From: Ramlibacter sp.
GTDB lineage: Bacteria; Pseudomonadota; Gammaproteobacteria; Burkholderiales; Burkholderiaceae_C
Assembly (NCBI RefSeq): GCF_029866045.1
Contig: NZ_JARXAB010000172.1
Coordinates: 177-64,176, forward strand
Direction of reading: 5' to 3'
DNA length: 64,000 nt
Shown here: piece by piece, positions 20,501-29,500 of the stretch
How the letters are laid out: every line of letters starts with the position of its first letter
Numbering within the stretch: the first letter of the stretch is position 1
Translations under genes and position numbers: made by a program
Notes under the pieces: model-generated
What the model saw: the letters and a program-made list of their open reading frames with translations, nothing else
Told to the model about the DNA's origin: nothing
Databases searched by the model: none

Positions 20501-23500
20501 AGACCTCGGGCTCCAGTGCGTCGACCGCAGAGATGCCGGTGTTCACCTCGCAGAGGGCCGCCGTCGCGGCGAGCTCAATGTCGGCATCGACACGGCTGTT
20601 ACCCGCCGCAACCGTCACATCCTGCAGCAATTGCAGGGCGGAAAAGACACTGTCGTCCTGCGGTGCCAGCACGTCGGCGGCGTCGAGGCCGTCGACGCTC
20701 CAGGACAGGACGCCGAAGCCGTCCCACTCGATGTCGACCTTGACGAACTGCGCCTGGGGCGCGTCGCTCAGGCGGGCGGCAAACTGGGCAAAGTAGGCAA
20801 GCACGTCATCGACGTTCGAGCCCTCTTCGTTGAAGGCCTGGTCCCACCAGGCCAAGAATTCCTCGCGCAGGGCCAGGGCCTCGTCGGATTCGTCGTCCAG
20901 GGACAGCACGCCGCCAATGGCGCCCGTCATCTCGCCACCGCTGCCGTCAATGCGAACGCCAAGGGCGTCCGGGTCAAGCGTCACATCGGCGCGGACCGGA
21001 ATCCAGACCGTGTAGGACTCGGTATTGTCCTGGCCACCATCGCTCTGGTAATTGACGAATGAGACTTGCTCAAATGCGCCAGCGACATCACGGTGCCACT
21101 GACCCTCGATGTCCGTGTTGCTATCAAAGCGGACAATTCGGGTGCAGCTACAGTCGCCGTCGGAGGTCTCCGCGACCACCCACACGCGGTTGTCGTGTGT
21201 GTTGGTGTCCCAATAATCGGACCGAAGGTTCACGGCGACGCACGAATCGAAACCCGTCAGGCGCTGTTCCCAGGTGCTCGAGCCCGTCCGGCCGCCAGAC
21301 CGGCTCCAATCATCTTTGGTCTGGATGCTGCCCAAGCGGTAGGCACGGTTGCCGAACCATTCATCCCATTCGGGATGGGACCGCATCGCGGCCATATCGA
21401 TGCGGATCCGGTCATCTGCGCCGAAGCCGTCCAGGTTCAAATCCTCGCCCGGAAGGCTCATGAAGGTGATGGTGTAGCTGCCGTCCGCGATGTCGAACAG
21501 CGGTTCATCTTCTTCAAAGTCGTAGGCATCTGCCTCCACCGCGTCGCGCAGGCCATTTCCGTTGCCGTCGAACCAGGCGTCGCAACAACCGCCGACGACG
21601 ATGTTGTAAAGATCGGAGGCGCCTCCGCGACTCTTGCCGTAGGAGACCTCGCCCACGCGGTAGCCCGCGTCTTGCTTCAAGTCGCCAAAGTCCAGCCAGT
21701 TGTCCCAGCCAGAGCCGAAGGTGTTGTCGAGTTCGTAGACCAGGGTGGCGTGATCAGCCAACAGGCTGCTGCCGTCACGGACATAGTCGAATTGGTAGAC
21801 CGGCGCGTTGGTCTGCCAGCTCAAACCGCCGTCGGTACTGTATTCAAAATAGCGGCTGTAGTCGCCTTCGCCATCTTCGTCGTTGGTCTGCGCAGCGGTG
21901 TCGCCGGATTGGTTGAACTCGAAGGTAAAGCGGGTGTCCTGCGTCAGGGCCTGGCCCAGGTCCACCCGGAAGTCTGCGCTGGCGTCAACGCCCTCGATAC
22001 CCGTGTTGCCAAACACCTTGAGCCAATGGCCTTGCACGGACGAGTCGTTGTCCGCCAGGGTGATAGTGCTCTGGCTGTCGCCGATCGAGCCGCGCTGGGC
22101 GCCCGAGAGGAACAGGCCGAGGGCTTCGGAGGTCTCGTAGGTGCTGTCGTTGGTGATGGCCACTTGCACCGTCTGCGTGCGGGCGGCCTCGCTGAAGGTG
22201 AGCGACCGCGAGGTGGCGGCGTAGTCGCTGCCCGCCGCAGCGGTGCCCAACGAACCTTCGAAGGTGTTGTTGGGGTCAGTGGGATTGCCGCTGTAGTTGT
22301 AGTCGACATTCCACCATGTGTCGTAGGGATAGTTGTCGAAGGCGCGGTACGTCTGCGACATCGAGGCCTGGATGCTGTCCGATGGGACGTACTGGCTGAC
22401 GATCTCGTTGCTCACCCAGACTTTGGCTTCGTCGCGGAAGATGTTGAAGCGCGCCAGCGCCTTGCTGTCATTGATCGGGCTGTTCACCACCGTGGTGTCG
22501 CCGGTGCTGCTGGTGAACTCGTCGATGAGCGGGCTGTTGGCCGTGGTGTACAGCACGAAGCCGATGTTGTCCTCGACAGTGTCATCGCCTTCCGGGCGGA
22601 AGATGATGGTCTTGGAACCCGTCTCGCCGGCCGCCCAAAAAATGGTGCCGGTCACCGCGCCAGCGGTCACCACCAGGCTGGAAGCAACGCTGATGTCGGC
22701 ACCGGTTGCGATGTCGTACTCGCCGTTGGCGCCAATGCCCGGCATGCCGTTGACCACCACCGCGCCGTTCGAGTCCATGAGCTCGTTGGTGCCCAGGTCG
22801 ATCTGCCAGCTGAAGGAGACCGCCTGGCGCGGGTCGCCCTGGCGCTCGAAGGTGATCGAATGCTCGATGTAACGCTGCACACCGTCCAGCGCCGGGTTCA
22901 CGTCGCCGACCCGGCCCGCCTCGGTGCTCGGGCCGGTGCCTTCGGGCAGGTTGGTGCGCACGTTGGTGATCTGGATCTGCACATCGTCGTTGACGATGAT
23001 GGCCTGCGCCTCCGGCCGCCCCACCACAGCGGTGCCGGGCGAAGTCACGAGCACCTGCCCATAGCTGGCGGGTTGCCAGCTTCCGTTGTGCAGTTCGACG
23101 GTGAAGGTCTCGTCGCCCTCCAACTGCTGAGGGGTCGTCGGGTAGGTGTAGGGCCACCAGACCTGGGTGAAGTCGTCCGGTACAACATCTACCGTGATGG
23201 ACTTGGTGGTCTCGCCGAAGGCAAAGACCACCTCTCCGGTGGGCATGCCGTAGTTGACGCTGGGCGCGAGCGGATAGAAGTCGAAGATATTGATGTCTTC
23301 GCGATCGAGGTCCCAGTAGACCGTCGAGGTCTGGTCGGTGTAGCCGGTGCGCGTCAGGCTGAAGGTGAAGCTGGTCGTGGCGGGCGTGCCAGAGATATTG
23401 CCGTTGCCCTCGTCATGCGTCACGGGCGCGCCGCCGTTGACCATGTAGTTGCTGGTGAACTGCACCGTGGCATCGTCGTTCTTGATGACGGTCTGGGCGC

Positions 23501-26500
23501 TCTGGCTGCCACCCGTCAGGGAGGTACCGGCACTGGGCGTGCCCAGCACCACCTGCACCGTCTCATTGCCTTCTTCCAGCCAGTCGCGGACGACACGCAG
23601 CGTGATGGTCTGGGTCTGCGCCTCGTCGCTGTTCTCCCCATCATCCAGCAGCGCCGGAAACTCCACCCACCCCTGCACCGTGTGGGTGGCGGCGTCGTAC
23701 CAGCCTGAGGCCGTCTCGGTCGTCGGCAGGTCCCAAAAATCCGCCGCATTGAGGCTGTTGGCGGTGAGGGCGACCGACCAGGGCACGGTCGAGACCTGTT
23801 TGACGTTGTCTCCGCGGTCGACCTCGAATCTCAGTTCGAGGTATTCGTCGGTGCCATTGAGCCGGTTGGTCGCGGTCGACGTGGTCGCGACCGAATCCAG
23901 GTTGGCGTCATTGCCCTCCCAGACGGCGCCACTGGTCAGGTTGATGGTGGTCGCCCGGATGCTGACCTGCGCGTCCTCGTCAATGATGGTGACGCTGTCG
24001 CGAACGGTGCGGCTGGCCAGATCGGTGATCGGGCTGCTAAAGACGGCGTCGTTGTAGAGCGTGAGAGTCGCCTCGACATCGACGTTTACGAGCGAATCCT
24101 GGCGCAGCTCGAGGCGCACCAGCGTCGAAGGGTTGAGGTCGTCGTAGGTGAAGCTGCCGGTGAGGGCCGTGCCATCGACGAAGTCTGCGGCGGTGGCGCC
24201 AGAGACTTTCCAGTGCTTGGTGCCAGCGACACCAATACCCGACAGATCAAACTCGACATAACGCTTTGCACTGGGGTCATTGCCCTCATCCACCTCCCGG
24301 TGGAAGAGCCCGACGCCGTCATCGACCTTGGTGCCACGGGACACAACGCTGAAGCCCGAGTCGTCGGCCTTGAGGTAGACCCTGTCTTCGGTGATCGGGT
24401 CGAACTCCACGTTGGCGTCGCTGCTTGTCAACCGCAGGGCCATGCCCTCGCTGGGTTCCACCGACTGGTCACCCGAGAGGGTGATCACAATCGGCGCGCT
24501 GGCGGTGGTCGCGCCCTCGGCAAAGGTGACGCGGCCCGAGGGCAGGCCGTCATTGCCGATCCGGTCCTGGCCGATGCCAAAGTCTTCGGCGTCCACCACA
24601 AAGGTGCCGCTGGGCAGGACACGCCAGCTCAGCTCGATCGCGCGCAGGGAGCTATCGCCGTCGCGGCTCAGGGTGTAGGTGACGGTGTTGTGCGGATCGC
24701 CAGGGCTGTCTGCGCTCCATCCCTCCAGCCGCTCGTAGCGCTGGGTCACCGCGTTGAATACCGTGTCGGTCGGATTGCCGCTGCCCGGAGCGGCCACGGT
24801 CTGCACCGTGGTGTAGATGCGGATGTCGTCGTTGGTGAGCAGCGTGGTGGCGCTGCCCTTGCCGCTGGCGATGGTGACGTTGTGGCCAGCCGCCACGCCG
24901 CTGATGGTGCCAAGTGCCACCTGCAGCTTCTCACCGGTCTCGAGCAGGTTGTCACCCGCAATGGTGTAGGCGACATCCACCGTCTGCTTGTCGCCGCGCA
25001 GGGTGTAGGTTTCGGTGCGCCCGTCCGCAAAGGTCAGCGTGACGGCTTCTTGATCGCCCGCCGGCAAGGTGACGGAGGGCGGGCCGGTGGCCGAGGTGGT
25101 GCCGGTGACATTGAGAGCCACGGTGATGGCCTGCGACAGGTCGCCGCTGCGGGTGACCTTGAAGGTGATGCTTCGGGTCTGGCCTTCCGAGCCTTCGGAC
25201 ATCGAGGCGGCGTAGGCCTCGATCGAGACAATGGCGTCGTTGTCGATCACCGCGCCCTGAATGCCATTGGCCCCCGAAACGTCGGCCTGGTAGCCATTGG
25301 GGTTGTTGGTGACCACCAGCTCGAAGGCCTCGTTGGCCTCGACCGCGGCATCGCCAGCGACGATCACGGTGATCGTCCGGGTCGCGCCCACGCCGTCGGT
25401 AGAAGACCAGCTCAGGTCGCCCTCCTGGACGCTGGTGATCTCCTCGTCGCTCAGCCGGGTCGCCAGGGTGCGGGGGTTGGCGCCATCGGGGTCGAGGACG
25501 ATGCGGCTGCCCTGAACCACCCAGTGAATGTCGGTGTCTTGTTCAATGGCGCCCGAACGGGTCAGGGTGTAGGTAAAGGTGGTGCTCTGGCCGACGTCGT
25601 CCTCGGCCTGCGTCAGGCGGTCCAGGGTCGCGGTGACGCGCAGGTCGTCGTTGGTCAGCTGGCCGCTCGCGCTGGTGTTGCTGCTGGCCAGTGTGCTGCC
25701 ATTGGCCGCCAGGTCTGTGCTGGCGAGCGCGAGGGTGAAGCTCTCGCTTTCCTCAAGCACGATGTCCGGATTGACACGGATGCGGATTTCGGCCGTGTCG
25801 CTGCCGCTGGCGAATGTGGCCGTGCCGCCCACGGCGGTAGGGATGCCGAAGCTGTCCCGGTCGGCGTAGGCGAAGCCCCTGCTGTCAAGGAAGTCGCTCG
25901 GGCTGGCCGGGTTGGCACCACTGCCCAGGTTCAGGCTCCAGTTAACCGCGGTTTCCTTGTCGACAAAGCCGGTGCGCGTGAGGGTGTAAACCAGTTCCTG
26001 GCCCAGGTGACCAGCGCCGTCTTCGAGTACCACCTGGCTGAGGTTCGAAGCGGCGGGGTCGAAGCTCACCACGTCGTCGTCGTTGCCGAGGGTGACCAAA
26101 GTGGTCAGCAGCGCCGGATCGGCCGACAGCATGTGCTGGTTCGCGTTGGTGCCGGTCAGGTTGACCACGAAGCTGTCGTCGCCCTCCACCAGGTTGTCGG
26201 CGGTGAGCGTGATCTGGATCTTGGCGGTGGTTTCCCCCGCCTGGAACAGACCGGCCCCTCTGGGGAGACGGTTACCAGAGAAGTCGGCCGTGGTCGCCAG
26301 GCTCTCGGCACTGCTGGGCAGGGCCACCTCCCACTGGAAGCTGGCGCTGGGCAGTCGGGCCCCGGCCGTCTCGCGTTGCACAAGCACCTCGAGGATCCGG
26401 GTGCCGCCCTGGCCCTCCAGTTCGGTCTGGCTGCCCTGGACCATGAAGATGACAGCATCATCATTGACGACGCGGCCCGTGGCCACGCGGTTGGCCTCCA

Positions 26501-29500
26501 ACAGTTGTGCGCCTCCAGTGACGGAGTCGAGCACGATGCGGAACTTCTCGCTGTTTTCCAGCCGGTTGTCGCCATTGACCGGAATGTCGATGGTGACGGC
26601 CGTCTGGCCAGACACCATCTCGACATACCCACTGGGCAGTCCCTCGAAAAAATCGTCCAGTGCTGCGCGGTCTTCTGCGGGAATGCCGCTGCCAATCAGC
26701 TCCACGTGCCAGTTCACTGTCACGTTGGAGCGGGCAAAGCCGGTGCGGGTGACGGTAGCCTGCACAGAGCCCTGGGCATCTGCCGCACCTTCGTCGCCGT
26801 TGAAGGTCATGTCGGCGCTGGCAAAGCCCACCAAGGCATCGTCGTTGACGATGACGCCCAGCGCGCGGTCGACCGCCACGCCACCCAGACTGGCCGAAGT
26901 CGCGTCCAGCTCGATCTGGACGTAGAAGCGCTGGTTGGCCTCGACCTCGTTGTCCCAGGAAGGGAGCACGCTGATGAGGGCGCTCTCCAGATCGCCCTCT
27001 GCGATGGTGACGCTGCCACTGGGATAGGTGCCGCCAAAGTCGGAGCGCTCGGCGTTGATCACCGAGTCCGCGGCGTTGGTGGTGTAGGGAATGACCTTCC
27101 AGTTCACCTTGACGTCGCCTAACGCCTCGTCAGACAGGGTCACCCTGAACTGGTGAGCGTTGTCCGTAGCCTCGCTGGAGCCCTCGAGCAGGCTGGACTG
27201 GACCGCGACCACGCTCACGCTCACCCCGTTGGGGATGATGGTGCCGCGTGCAGCGGACGTGCCCAGGAGCACGTCGTCACCGACGCGGTCGGTCAACTTG
27301 ACCTCGAAGCCGCGCGCGCCGTCCACGATCATGCCCGGCAGGGCCTTGAAGGTGATGGTCTGGGTGTCGCTCTCCACGGAGCTGTCACTCTGCGCTGCGA
27401 ACGAAATGACGCGAGCGCCATCGGCAGGCATGCGGAAGTCTTCCGTGCGAGCCGGGTTCTCGCCCACGCCGTAAAGGTCCCAGGTGACACTGTGGGCAAA
27501 GCCCAGGGCGCCCGTGCGGGTGATGGTGGCGGTGTAAGTGGCCAGGCCGGCGTCATCCAAGCCAAGGGCCTCGATACTGGTGACGCTGATGTCCACGTCG
27601 TTGGACATCACCAGGCCCTCGATGACCGAGCCTGCGATCTGCACCTTCGGGTCTTCACAGGTGATGGCCAGGTAATAGCGCTGGTCGCCGTTGACCAGTT
27701 CGTCGTTCTGGGTCCTGACCCGGATGATCTTCTCGGTCTCGCCCGGGTAGAAGTCCACGCTGCCGGAGCGGTTGCCCGCAGATGGCAGGCTGGTGTCGCC
27801 CAGGCTCTTGGGCACCAGGGTCCAGTCAATGACCAGGGGCCCGCCGTTGGGGCCCGTGTAGTCCAGGCCGGTGGCGCGGCGAACCACGAAGACAATCTCG
27901 TTGCCCTCGAACACCACGTTGGCGGTGCCATCGGCTTCTAGGTCAATGCCAACCGTGGGGTCGTCATTGATGATGGTCATCGTCTCGCTGGCCTTGGTCG
28001 GGTCGATGCGCGAGAGTGGCGCAGCCGTCGTGGTACCTGTGAGCTTGACGGTCAGCAGCTCAGACGGTTCGATGGTCGGGTCCTTGCGGACATAAACCAC
28101 CAAGGGCTTCTCGGTTTCGCCTGCTGCAAAGTCGACCGTGCCGCGGGTTTCACGGATGTCGGCCGCGTTGACCGTGCCGTCGGCGAAGGAGACTTCCCAG
28201 GACACGCTGTCGCTGTCCAGGGCGGCGCCTTCCATCCTGGGATCGCGTTTGATGGTGAAGACAACCGAGGTCCAGTTGTTCCTGTTTTCGTTACCGCCTG
28301 TGACCGGATTGCCTTCAAAGGCGCCGACGTTGGCGGTGTCGAGCGAGTAGGTCCAGCCGTCGTCGTCGAGCAGCTCGATGCCGGTGCGTGTGGGCCGGTC
28401 GGGATCCGGCTGGGCCGGTTGGTACTTGAGCTGGAGGGCAAGGGTGGTGTCTGCGTCCCAGCGAGCGTCCTGCTTCAGATAGACGTGAACATAGGCCACC
28501 TCCTGGCCCACCTCAAATCTGACACCGGAGGAGAGCGAGCCCCAGGCCAGATCGGACGACGCAATGCCCTGCAGGGTGTAGCTGGCGACCTTGGCCAGGG
28601 TGGTGTCCTCGCGATACACCGTGAAGATGAGCTCACGGGCCGCACCCGAGGCGGCCGAGCTACCCTCAATGAGCGTCGGGTTGCCGTTGTCGTCGAGGAT
28701 CGGGTCGCCCTCGTCATCGAGCGCCAACCGCGGGTCTTCACCGGTGTCCTCGATCAGCACCGCAATGCCATCGCCGTTCAGGGCGTAGCGCCCGCTGGTG
28801 ATCGTGACCTTCGGGTCGAGCCAGACCGGGCTGTCGTCGTCGACGATGACGACCTCGATCTGCTGCTGGCCACCAGGCATCCGGACAAAGGTGCCGTCAA
28901 AGAGGGTGACCGCGAGCTGCTCGTCGTCTTCCGGCGCGGCGTCCTGCGCGACCTTCAGGGTCAGGGTCTGCGTCTTTTGCCCGCCAGCGAATTGCGCGAA
29001 GCCGCGGAGCACGCCGTCGGCAGACTCGGTGAGGGTGATGGCTACGCCAGCGGCGTCCACGATGCCCTGCAGATCGTTCGCGGAAATGCCGCGAATTTCA
29101 AAGGGAAGCGAGTCCGGCATCATCGGATTGACCCGGGTGATGACCAGCGGAATCAGGGTGGCGCCTAGCGAAGAGGTGCCCTCGTAGAACTCTTTCGGGC
29201 CCAGCGGCCCAGCGCCCTCGGCTTCGGTATTGCCCAAGACGAAGGTCGCGCTGCCGAAGGGATTGGGGGCCTCTGGCGGGGCCGGCGGGGCCAGCGGGGC
29301 CGATTGCTCGCGCGCCTGTGCGTTGGCGATCGGCAGCACGTTGGAGCCGACCTCGGCCGTGGTGGGCCGCACGAAGGAGGTGCTGTTCTTGGTGTTCGAG
29401 GCGTCGGTCGATCCGGGGACGGCAGCCTCCGACAAGAGCGAACCCGTCGCGCTCACCTTCTGCTCGACAAAGGGGGTGATGAAGCTCGCGTTCACCACCG

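Noticed and set aside
16720-21610. Possible diversity-generating retroelement target or CRISPR-like array (constant plus variable units)
   Set aside because: The repeats are divergent, in-frame protein repeats. I saw no reverse transcriptase, no template/variable pair differing at adenines, and no identical DNA repeats with spacers.
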